Made by a program: the position numbers and the translations under genes. Under the pieces are notes generated by a model that searched no databases, was not told the origin of the DNA, and saw nothing but the letters and a program-made list of their open reading frames with translations. A DNA stretch of 41,326 bases, taken from IMG/VR virus record IMGVR_UViG_3300024344_000040, positions 1 to 41,326 of that record; one strand, 5' to 3'. Positions 1 to 8,219 of this stretch are shown one piece after another. Position 1 is the first letter of the stretch. Each line of letters begins with the position of its first letter. The stretch is from a virus (taxonomy: Duplodnaviria; Caudoviricetes).

Positions 1-133
1 AACAAAGAGTATTTTAAAGCTAGGTACGTATGCTAAGTATAAGCGTATTCTTACAGGAGAACCAATTACTCGGTCTCCTTTAGATCTATATAGTCAGTGC
101 CAATTTTTAAGTCCCGCTATTCTTGGGTTTAGC
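1..133 (+). repeat. Terminal overlap, copy 1 (assembly circularity)
   Basis: Matches 41194-41326 except position 7 (G) versus 41200 (A). Confidence 0.97.
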
Positions 134-994
134 AGCTACTATAGTTTTAGAAATAGATATGCCATTATGGTAGATATGAAAACAGGGATGCGCAGTTTTA
201 AAAAAGTTGTGGGCTTTCAGAGACTTGACGAGTTAGGAGGTTTAATCCATGATTTTAGTTATCGCTGCAAGAAAGACGAGTGCCTAGATCTACCTGACAA
301 GATTTACCAATATAGAACCGTTGAATTAACTAAAGAACAAAAAGATCTATACAACAATCTATCCAATGCTGCAATGACTCTATACAAAAGTCAGAGTTTA
401 ACAGTGGATAATGCTCTTACATTAATGTTACGATTACATCAAATAACCTGCGGTCATTTTGTATCTGATGATGGAGAGGTAAGCAGTATACCAGATAATA
501 GACTAGCGGAACTAGAACACGTATTAGAAGAAGCACCTGACAAAGTTATTATATGGGCCACCTATGTAAATGACATTAAGAGGATATGCTCTCTCATCGG
601 AGAAAAATATGGATTAGACTCATATGTCCCATACTATGGGGCAGTATCTCAAGATGATAGAGAGACGGCATTAACTAGGTTTCAAAACGAAGAGGCGTGT
701 CGTTTCTTTATTGGAAATCCTCAAACAGGAGGCATGGGTTTAACTCTTACAGCTGCCAATACTGTGGTTTATTACTCTAATAATTTTAATCTAGAACATA
801 GAATACAATCTGAAGATCGCGCCCATAGAATAGGTCAGAACAGAAGTGTTCTTTATGTCGATCTAATTTGTCCAGGAACTATTGATTCAAAAGTAGTGAA
901 GTCACTTAGAGATAAGAAACAGGTGGCTCAACAGATTATGGGAGACAAGATTCAAGATTGGTTGGGCTCAGTTCGTTCTGCTACTTCACCCTGA
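2..994 (+). CDS. SNF2-family helicase, C-terminal part (continues from 40715 across the join)
   Basis: Open from base 2 (TKSILKLG...LTGEPITRSPLDLYSQ); helicase-C motifs KVIIWA, GGMGLTLTAA, QSEDRAHRIGQ. The ORF-track start at 167 is a window artefact. Confidence 0.93.
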   Translation, partial: TKSILKLGTYAKYKRILTGEPITRSPLDLYSQCQFLSPAILGFSSYYSFRNRYAIMVDMKTGMRSFKKVVGFQRLDELGGLIHDFSYRCKKDECLDLPDKIYQYRTVELTKEQKDLYNNLSNAAMTLYKSQSLTVDNALTLMLRLHQITCGHFVSDDGEVSSIPDNRLAELEHVLEEAPDKVIIWATYVNDIKRICSLIGEKYGLDSYVPYYGAVSQDDRETALTRFQNEEACRFFIGNPQTGGMGLTLTAANTVVYYSNNFNLEHRIQSEDRAHRIGQNRSVLYVDLICPGTIDSKVVKSLRDKKQVAQQIMGDKIQDWLGSVRSATSP

Positions 995-1104
995 CAACAG
1001 TCATCTATATTACATTTACAATCAGCACATTGATAATGGCCATGTACAAAGATCTTTGGCTTTGTACAACCACACTTGTAGCATACTGGTTCTTGTAATT
1101 CCAT
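952..1104 (-). CDS. Small Cys/His-rich zinc-finger-like protein, 50 aa (not in ORF track)
   Basis: Hand translation MELQEPVCYKCGCTKPKIFVHGHYQCADCKCNIDDCCQGEVAERTEPNQS; two CxxC pairs plus HGH and CC; last gene of the late arm. Confidence 0.75.
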   Translation of the reverse strand: MELQEPVCYKCGCTKPKIFVHGHYQCADCKCNIDDCCQGEVAERTEPNQS

Positions 1105-1137
1105 AGCTCTTACCCAAAGCATCCCAATCATAGATCA

Positions 1138-1218
1138 CTAAAATAATACTAACCAAAATACTCCGGCAAGGAATATAAGAAAAATAAATGCTAGTGCGGC
1201 TTCTCTTTTATCAATCAT
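1138..1218 (-). CDS. Putative 26-aa membrane peptide (not in ORF track)
   Basis: MIDKREAALAFIFLIFLAGVFWLVLF; ATGA overlap with the endolysin stop; one hydrophobic helix. Confidence 0.5.
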   Translation of the reverse strand: MIDKREAALAFIFLIFLAGVFWLVLF

Positions 1219-1670
1219 ACTAGTAACTCAAAATGTGGAGCATCAATAAAGGGTCGACGACCTTCACTTCGTCTTTGGTCTATATAAGAATTCATAGCTT
1301 CTTCCATAGTCCCTGACCAATCAAGTATACTGGGAACTGTCCATGCTGCACCCCAACGTATAGGTATATATAAAGCAGATCCTGCAAGTTTAAATGCCTC
1401 TGCTATCTCGTCATATACATTTAACTCCCAGCATCCTCTACCATCTACATAGGCCATCACGTCTATAGCTTTACCTTCAAGATGTTTGCTGTTCATGGTC
1501 TGAGAGGCCCCTTTTTCTACTAGTTCTTTTTGTTTCTCAACGGTTCTTAGACCTTCAATAACAGCAAAATCGACAGTTGTAATATCTATAGCAGCTTTAG
1601 CAACACTAATTAAATCTTCATGGACTCCTTCTAAATTATCTAAAGAACGTTGACTTAACTTAAAACTCAC
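1215..1670 (-). CDS. Endolysin, peptidase M15 family (L-Ala-D-Glu-peptidase-like)
   Basis: EGLRT, SKHLEGKAIDV and DAPHFEL zinc-peptidase motifs; adjacent to holin. Confidence 0.92.
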   Translation of the reverse strand: MSFKLSQRSLDNLEGVHEDLISVAKAAIDITTVDFAVIEGLRTVEKQKELVEKGASQTMNSKHLEGKAIDVMAYVDGRGCWELNVYDEIAEAFKLAGSALYIPIRWGAAWTVPSILDWSGTMEEAMNSYIDQRRSEGRRPFIDAPHFELLV

Positions 1671-2074
1671 TTACTTACCCCTTTAAATTTTTCGAACGTG
1701 CGAAGACCTCCTAGTCCCAACATGCCCATTAACACGGGCATCATTTGAGAAAGATCTAGTGCTGGTAAATCAATCAGATGTCCACTTTGAGCTAAGCCAA
1801 AAGCTAAAAAAGGTTGTGCGACATAAGTCCAAGCTATCGCTATACCGCACGTCCAACCTATGAATGGTCTCCAACCTGCGACAAAAATAGATCTATGAGC
1901 AGCTTCAGCTTTGTTAATCTCTAATTGAGCTAAATCAATCTTAGCTAAATGAGTCGCTAATTTTGCTTCTAATTCGCGTTCTGCTTTAGCGCGCTCTTCT
2001 TTGTTTTCAGGAAGAAATCTTCCTACAATATCTGTAACTGCCGGTAGTAACTGTGGCAGTAATGCCTGTAGCAT
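1667..2074 (-). CDS. Holin, 3TM (GTA-holin/DUF3154-like)
   Basis: FVAGWRPFIGW and LMGMLGLGGLRTFEK signatures; hydrophobic segments; coupled to endolysin. Confidence 0.88.
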   Translation of the reverse strand: MLQALLPQLLPAVTDIVGRFLPENKEERAKAERELEAKLATHLAKIDLAQLEINKAEAAHRSIFVAGWRPFIGWTCGIAIAWTYVAQPFLAFGLAQSGHLIDLPALDLSQMMPVLMGMLGLGGLRTFEKFKGVSK

Positions 2075-2081
2075 AATTACC

Positions 2082-2357
2082 TCACGTTGCTCTAGCTGAC
2101 TTTAATAATAACTGATCTAACTTTTCATCTAGCTTATCAAAGCGCCTTATAATATCATCTTGTGCTCTATCAAAATCATCTTTAGCTACATAGTTTTTAG
2201 CTATATCTTCACGAGTATCGGCCATACGTCTCTTGACATCGCCAATCATATCATATACATTTTGAAACTCATTCTTTATAGAGCGCATCCACCATACAAA
2301 TGATCCAGCCGCGATGCTTAATATCGCATTCCATATCATGGCTGGGTCCTCCATCAC
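2082..2357 (-). CDS. Small membrane-anchored coiled-coil protein in lysis cassette
   Basis: N-terminal hydrophobic helix, C-terminal RFDKLDEKLDQL coiled coil; coupled to neighbours. Confidence 0.7.
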   Translation of the reverse strand: MMEDPAMIWNAILSIAAGSFVWWMRSIKNEFQNVYDMIGDVKRRMADTREDIAKNYVAKDDFDRAQDDIIRRFDKLDEKLDQLLLKSARAT

Positions 2358-2728
2358 GAAACATCTAACCTATCGGTTAGAACTTTCTTTATCTCGGTTT
2401 TTATCTTAGCTATATCATCAAGAACTGTCTTATCAGATTCTCTTAGTGCTTCAAGCTCTTGTTCAACCGAATACTTATTCCTAATAGCCTTTCTAATTTT
2501 ACCATCAGTATCTGGTTTTTCACTAGCAACAACTATCTTTACATCATCAGAATCAGCTTTTGCTATTGTTACCTTTGGATTAAGTTTTTTAAGAACATCA
2601 AAAAATCTAGTATCGCATGAGATAAACTTTCCACTCCACCATTTTGGCGGTGACCATGAGCCGTCGTAATCTTTGGGGTGAATAAGTTGATCTCTTGGTA
2701 CATCAAACTTATATAACTTCTCTGCCAT
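2354..2728 (-). CDS. Hypothetical protein, possible tail-fibre assembly chaperone
   Basis: Directly follows the RCC1 protein; helical IRNKYSVEQELEALR segment. Confidence 0.6.
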   Translation of the reverse strand: MAEKLYKFDVPRDQLIHPKDYDGSWSPPKWWSGKFISCDTRFFDVLKKLNPKVTIAKADSDDVKIVVASEKPDTDGKIRKAIRNKYSVEQELEALRESDKTVLDDIAKIKTEIKKVLTDRLDVS

Positions 2729-2729
2729 A

Positions 2730-4712
2730 TTAACCTCCAGGATACATTGCTACAAATTGAGTTCTATCGGTAGTAGTAGAAAAGCCCATTTGACTATTTG
2801 TGTTATCACCTAAGAAGAACATCTTACCGTCAGATGCTTTTAAGATAGTCATGGGTAACGCACTACTATCAATATTACCGAAGTTTATTATGTCATCAAT
2901 TGTCGAATTTGTCTTGCCTATATAGGCTGTTCCTGAAGCTCTTGTATGTGACCAGGAAACTGGCATTGGAAATGCATTAGTAAAACTAGTAGCTGCTTCA
3001 TCTACCTGATGATCGTTGGTATTTAAATGATAGCCAGAAGTCCAAAGTCTACCTAAATTATCGACGAAGAAGAAAGCATTATTTGCGGCAGCAAACCTAG
3101 CAGGAAATACAGAAGTTATATCAGCCCTTGGGAATGTTAACTCAGTCTTAGTTAAGGAACCATTAGCACTTGTTACACTAACAGCTATATTTGTACCAAA
3201 CACTCCTGTTCCCGGTTGAGTCCATGCAGATAAGTTAGTAGTGTTACCTTGCATTAAGACACCACCTCCGTTATAACCTGTCATATAAATGTCACCGTTA
3301 GGAGCTCCCGGAGTACCACCAATTGCACAACCAGCGTGATAAGCACCTTGTCCAGATTGCTGCACGGAACTAAATGTGTTTGAACCTCCTACGTCGACCC
3401 ATGCCGCTCTATCTGTAGTAGAGCCATCTCCAAGCTGTCCAGCAGAATTTTCACCAATTGCGTAAAGATCGCCATCAGTCTTAAGAGCGTAGGCCACGGC
3501 GCTATATGTTGAAGAGTAGGTCCCAGAGGCACAAAGTATTTGACTTACTCCACTGACTCCACTTACCGCAGTTGGGGCTGTTCTGGTAGAACCTTCTCCC
3601 AAGCCGCTTGTATTGTTGCCTGTATAAGTCATGGCACCAGATGTATCAACAAAGTAAGTATCTCGAACACCAGCACTTATTTGAATTGTATTTGTTATAC
3701 CAGATAAGTGTGTTGGAGTTGTGACATTAGATGTGGAACCCACACCAGCTTGACCCTGAGCATTATACCCCCAAGAGTGAACTCTCTTTGAGCTATCAAT
3801 AGCAAAGCAAGTCATAAAAGGTATGCCAGTATATCCATATCCATGTGAAAAAGTAAAAGCAGATACAGTACAAGCTGTACTAGAAACAGTAGCATCAGGC
3901 CCAAGATAAGGATTACGACACCAAAGGTATCTATCTGTTGTATCTCCAAGTCCTAATTGACCATACTGATTTTCACCTCTAACAAATAAGTCTCCGTCAT
4001 TTGTAAGGAACCAAGCATTACCATCGTTATACCATATTCTTACAGGATAATCTCCAGAACGAAGCCCACCAAATTCTGTAGAGATATTAGCGTTAATTAC
4101 AGGACCACCATTATCTTCTGTAGTCCCTGCTCCATGACCGCGATAAGTGTCATAACCACGGAATACTGGTTCATGGTTAGTGTTTAAATACCAAAAGGCG
4201 ACTCCTACACTATACGCGTATTGACTGTTCCGATCTCGCTTTACTGGGCCACAAGCACCATTAGGCATACCATCATAAGGGACCCAACTATTACCATAGT
4301 CAGCAAACCAAGGATACTTACCTCCTTCACCGTGTGTTGTACCATCGTCACTATCAGCGTATAAAGGTATGTTTGTACCTAATGGTGTAAATCCCTCATA
4401 ACCAGAAGTTGACGCCCATTCAAGATCAGTAGCACCTGCTTTTAATATTTGACCAGAAGTTCCTTTTGCTAATCTTGTATTAGCTGAAGCACTTCTTGTT
4501 AGTAGATCTCCTCTTGTTGTTAGAGTATCAAGACCCTCAGCCATAACATTCCAGAATGAGGAACCATCAGCTGGTGTTTGACCGGTTCCGTTTTGGATAC
4601 ACACCCAAGAACTTCCGGTGTGGCTTACAACATCATCAACGACATATGCTGTTGATGCTCCATAAGCTCCCCTCCAATTGAACCTTATTGAACCAACATT
4701 AATTGTTCCCAT
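2730..4712 (-). CDS. RCC1-repeat beta-propeller protein, probable receptor-binding tail protein
   Basis: Repeats such as GENQYGQLGLGDTTDR, GYNAQGQAGVG and GENSAGQLGDGSTTDR; N-terminal WRGAY...YVVDDVVSHTGSSWVC module; follows tail fibre. Confidence 0.85.
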   Translation of the reverse strand: MGTINVGSIRFNWRGAYGASTAYVVDDVVSHTGSSWVCIQNGTGQTPADGSSFWNVMAEGLDTLTTRGDLLTRSASANTRLAKGTSGQILKAGATDLEWASTSGYEGFTPLGTNIPLYADSDDGTTHGEGGKYPWFADYGNSWVPYDGMPNGACGPVKRDRNSQYAYSVGVAFWYLNTNHEPVFRGYDTYRGHGAGTTEDNGGPVINANISTEFGGLRSGDYPVRIWYNDGNAWFLTNDGDLFVRGENQYGQLGLGDTTDRYLWCRNPYLGPDATVSSTACTVSAFTFSHGYGYTGIPFMTCFAIDSSKRVHSWGYNAQGQAGVGSTSNVTTPTHLSGITNTIQISAGVRDTYFVDTSGAMTYTGNNTSGLGEGSTRTAPTAVSGVSGVSQILCASGTYSSTYSAVAYALKTDGDLYAIGENSAGQLGDGSTTDRAAWVDVGGSNTFSSVQQSGQGAYHAGCAIGGTPGAPNGDIYMTGYNGGGVLMQGNTTNLSAWTQPGTGVFGTNIAVSVTSANGSLTKTELTFPRADITSVFPARFAAANNAFFFVDNLGRLWTSGYHLNTNDHQVDEAATSFTNAFPMPVSWSHTRASGTAYIGKTNSTIDDIINFGNIDSSALPMTILKASDGKMFFLGDNTNSQMGFSTTTDRTQFVAMYPGG

Positions 4713-4727
4713 CTAAACCTCCTTCAA

Positions 4728-5660
4728 CTACGGCGTCGTCATTATTAAATTAACACCGGATGTGGAAAACGTTAAACCAGTTGCTGCGGTTATTGTATCA
4801 TCGTAATCCGATAATGTAAATGATTCTGATCCGCCACCAGTTGTTACATCTACTTGTAAAATGTTTCCAGTCTTTTTGAAACCATAAAATGCAGCATTAC
4901 TAACAGCGCCTTGATTAATAGTAATTGCTTCTTTTGTACGTAACGGCGACATACCTTTAGTATTATCAGTGCCTGCCTCAGCTTCAGCTTTAGAAGCTAT
5001 AGCGGAAAAAACTGAGGGCGGTCCTGTTTCCCCAGTCGCGCCAGTAGGAATTCCCAGCGCAAGAACTCCTGTCGTGGGTGTATAGGATACAGTCGCAGAG
5101 GACCCCGCCCCCAAGGTGGTGGCAGAAACTGAAGATATTGCAGCATCTGTAGTAACAAGTGCAGTACCAGCTGCGTTATAAGCTATTTGTTTATTAGCCT
5201 GATCTGACGCCGTTTCAGCGTAAGGCCAAGTTAAAGCATCAGCTCCTAAAGCAGTGGTAACTGGAAGTTTAATTGCTCTATCAACACGTTCAGCAATTTG
5301 AGTATTGATTAAGGTTAACTTATCAAGTGCACCTTCGTGTGTAGAAGCACTAAATGGATCTCCTTCTACGTAATCTACCTCTTGAGTATTAGTAATATTC
5401 CGAACAATAACAATACGATCGTTGTTTGGAAGATTATTATTTAACGTAATAGTAGCGAACTCAGTAGAGGAGTTTATAGCCACAGCATAGTCATACGTAC
5501 CACTACCGCCTCTTGATTGAGTAGTTACCGTCCCGCTTGTTACAGCGACAGTATACACCTTTAGATCATCAACTCCTTTAACTGGCCCATTAAAGAAGAA
5601 CGTTTTGGTACTTCCTGTACCAGCACTACTACTCCGTTTTAGTTCACTAGCGACTGTCAT
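4728..5660 (-). CDS. Tail fibre/adaptor with T7 gp17-like N-terminal anchor
   Basis: TFFFNGP...DLKVY...IVIVRNI...HEGALDKLT anchor pattern; short GATGETGPP triplets; follows ejection genes. Confidence 0.8.
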   Translation of the reverse strand: MTVASELKRSSSAGTGSTKTFFFNGPVKGVDDLKVYTVAVTSGTVTTQSRGGSGTYDYAVAINSSTEFATITLNNNLPNNDRIVIVRNITNTQEVDYVEGDPFSASTHEGALDKLTLINTQIAERVDRAIKLPVTTALGADALTWPYAETASDQANKQIAYNAAGTALVTTDAAISSVSATTLGAGSSATVSYTPTTGVLALGIPTGATGETGPPSVFSAIASKAEAEAGTDNTKGMSPLRTKEAITINQGAVSNAAFYGFKKTGNILQVDVTTGGGSESFTLSDYDDTITAATGLTFSTSGVNLIMTTP

Positions 5661-8215
5661 TAACGCACTCCTTCAAATAATCTATCACCACCACCTCTTG
5701 GAATTAAATGACTTGGTGGTACACGAAATTGTTGCCCTTGTTCTCTCATTATACGGCGTTCCATCCTGCGAAGATACCCCGGATTCATAGTTTCTTGCAA
5801 TTGATATAATATTAAGTAATCTAACGCCATTCTTGTATAAAATAAATTAATAAATGGAGTATTATTAATAGCTGTTCTTAATAAATCAGCCTTAAAATCT
5901 TTACCCTGCCTGATTCTAGTGTATATATCCATCACTGTATCAAATTGTCCTAGGGTAGGACCTGCCGCCGTTGCAAGCGCTGATCTTCCATATCGCGAAT
6001 ATTCTCCAAATAAAAAGTCACCGTATATACCTAGACCACCTCCTTGACTCATAGCAGCAAAAAGCAATTTAGCATTGTGCCCCGGGTCATCTGTAAATTC
6101 TCGCGGTGTTTGTCCTCTTAAATAAGACTTTGCCGTTAATGAAGCGTATCCAAATAAGGTAGTCATAACGATTAGTTGTGATAATCCAGATATGTCTTTC
6201 TTACCATTAAGGTTACCAAATAACTCTCGAGCGACTCCTTTTCTAATCATTGTAATTGGAAAAGATTTAAACTGGAAGAAGTGTCTAAACATTTCTCCTG
6301 TCCACGTTCCTGATTGAGTACCTTGATTCATGATTGCGCGCTCAGCGGCTCCAGGCATTGGAATCCCTGAATCAGCTCTATCCATATAAAAGGTATCTAG
6401 CATACTTTCTAGATCTGTCCTTGCAATCTCTATACGACGTCTAGTTGGTTCCTTGATTCCTTTATAGCGTTTAAGATAGTCAACTATAATACCCTCAGGT
6501 ATATATTGCGCGCCTTCTGGTAACATGTGAGCATTACCATCTACCTCTGTGACCAAGTGGTTTCTAAAGATATTCCATTCAGCTTGTCCAATATCATATA
6601 ACGCCAAGACATTTTGTAGTCTCTGGCCTAGCTTATTAAAAGTTAAGTTTTTATTACTCGCTAAATTATGACTCATCATTAAAGCGACACCTGTCCTATG
6701 ACTATCGTTCCACCAAGACATAAGATTTAACTTAAAAAACTTTTGTTGACCCTTAGCCAAGGTCCCAGGGACGTGGTCAGTAGCTGCCCATCTAGATATC
6801 AAATCACCAGTCATCCCATCGAATCCTATACCTAGACTTCTAGCAATAGTCTTTTGTTCCTTATTTCCTCGGCCGCGCAATAAATTACCAAAGGCCCTTG
6901 AATATCCAACTAATGGGTGTACACCTTGAAACCTTAATTCAGCGGCTTGATTGGGAATATCTGTGAATGATGAAATTGTGGCAGCGCCTAGTCTAGCCAT
7001 ATTTTGAACAGCACGAACACCGGCGTTAATTCTTGCAAAGGTTAATTTTGCAGGTATTCTTGTAGTTCCATCTATCTCCTTAAGAGCATTTTCTAGAGCG
7101 ATATGTTTAAACTTATCAGCTTGTTTCCAGCTTAGTTCTTTTGATGCGGCTAGAGCATACTTCCTTTTTAACTTATCCATCATAGCCACTGGGTTTGTTC
7201 CTAAACCTCTCATTAAAGCGGTATTTCTAGCCATGTGCTCTAACCCGTGTATAATACCTTCTCTTAAATCTCCAGTTCCAAATTTACCGTTATACGCCAT
7301 AAAGTCACTAGATGTTCTGAAATGTAATAACCGAGGTTGACTACTCTTTTTTGCTATATTAGCAGGGCCCTTGAATCCCATGACAAAATTACTTTCATCG
7401 GCAGCATTAAATCTTTTATGAAAGCCCGAGGTCAATCCTTCATAAGCTCCTCTTAAGAATTTTTCAGGATCGGCTCCCTTAAATGTTGCTTCATGGTCAA
7501 GTTTATCAATAATAAAATTATACCAAGCCTTAAAACTTTCCTCTGGAGTTGCCTTTTTACCTCCAGCTTTTCTTAATCTAAGCATATCATGGCTCTGTCT
7601 CATGATATATCCAGGCATGTTTCTTATATACGTACCAGCTTGATTAGAGTGAGACACCGCCGTATTTTGTAGTTCATGTATGTTTTTTGCGATCCTCTCT
7701 GCAGCTGGATTTTTTGTGATACCTGGAGTACCGCCTTCTTTTATTTCCCATAATTCAGCGGCAATATCATGATCAATTTTCCCACTGTTAAACATACCTA
7801 GATCGCCATCTTTATCTACTCTATCTATTAAACGACCAATATACTTATTTGCTAAGGCTTTTCCTTGAGCGTCTATACTAAGTTTTCCTCCTTCTTCTCC
7901 ATAGACTCCTACCATAAGAGCCATTAAACCCTTCTGCTTATCTTTAAATTTATCCACTCTAGCCATAGCTTTAGTTTCAGCAATCAAATTTAAGATATTA
8001 TTTCTTTTTTCTATCGCTGCTTGTAATATTGATTCTTGAAGACGATCATCAACATACTTGCTAACTGTTGCATCTACATTAGCGTCCTGTGTTGCCTGCT
8101 TTTTTAATTGAATAAAATCGTCAATATCAGACAATAATGCCTCAGCTTGATCATCAGTAATCTTAGTATCACCGGCTGCTTTTTTAATTACATTTATACA
8201 ATCTTTAATACTCAT
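5660..8215 (-). CDS. Large internal virion (ejection) protein
   Basis: 851 aa, helical; FFQFKSFP, GGGLGIYGDFLFG and TPFINLFYTR motifs typical of epsilon15/BPP-1-like core proteins; synteny. Confidence 0.8.
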   Translation of the reverse strand: MSIKDCINVIKKAAGDTKITDDQAEALLSDIDDFIQLKKQATQDANVDATVSKYVDDRLQESILQAAIEKRNNILNLIAETKAMARVDKFKDKQKGLMALMVGVYGEEGGKLSIDAQGKALANKYIGRLIDRVDKDGDLGMFNSGKIDHDIAAELWEIKEGGTPGITKNPAAERIAKNIHELQNTAVSHSNQAGTYIRNMPGYIMRQSHDMLRLRKAGGKKATPEESFKAWYNFIIDKLDHEATFKGADPEKFLRGAYEGLTSGFHKRFNAADESNFVMGFKGPANIAKKSSQPRLLHFRTSSDFMAYNGKFGTGDLREGIIHGLEHMARNTALMRGLGTNPVAMMDKLKRKYALAASKELSWKQADKFKHIALENALKEIDGTTRIPAKLTFARINAGVRAVQNMARLGAATISSFTDIPNQAAELRFQGVHPLVGYSRAFGNLLRGRGNKEQKTIARSLGIGFDGMTGDLISRWAATDHVPGTLAKGQQKFFKLNLMSWWNDSHRTGVALMMSHNLASNKNLTFNKLGQRLQNVLALYDIGQAEWNIFRNHLVTEVDGNAHMLPEGAQYIPEGIIVDYLKRYKGIKEPTRRRIEIARTDLESMLDTFYMDRADSGIPMPGAAERAIMNQGTQSGTWTGEMFRHFFQFKSFPITMIRKGVARELFGNLNGKKDISGLSQLIVMTTLFGYASLTAKSYLRGQTPREFTDDPGHNAKLLFAAMSQGGGLGIYGDFLFGEYSRYGRSALATAAGPTLGQFDTVMDIYTRIRQGKDFKADLLRTAINNTPFINLFYTRMALDYLILYQLQETMNPGYLRRMERRIMREQGQQFRVPPSHLIPRGGGDRLFEGVR

Positions 8216-8219
8216 ATCA

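Noticed and set aside
1-133. 133-nt end repeat as a biological direct terminal repeat
   Set aside because: It falls in the middle of the helicase gene and looks like assembler overlap; the likely terminus is near 25800
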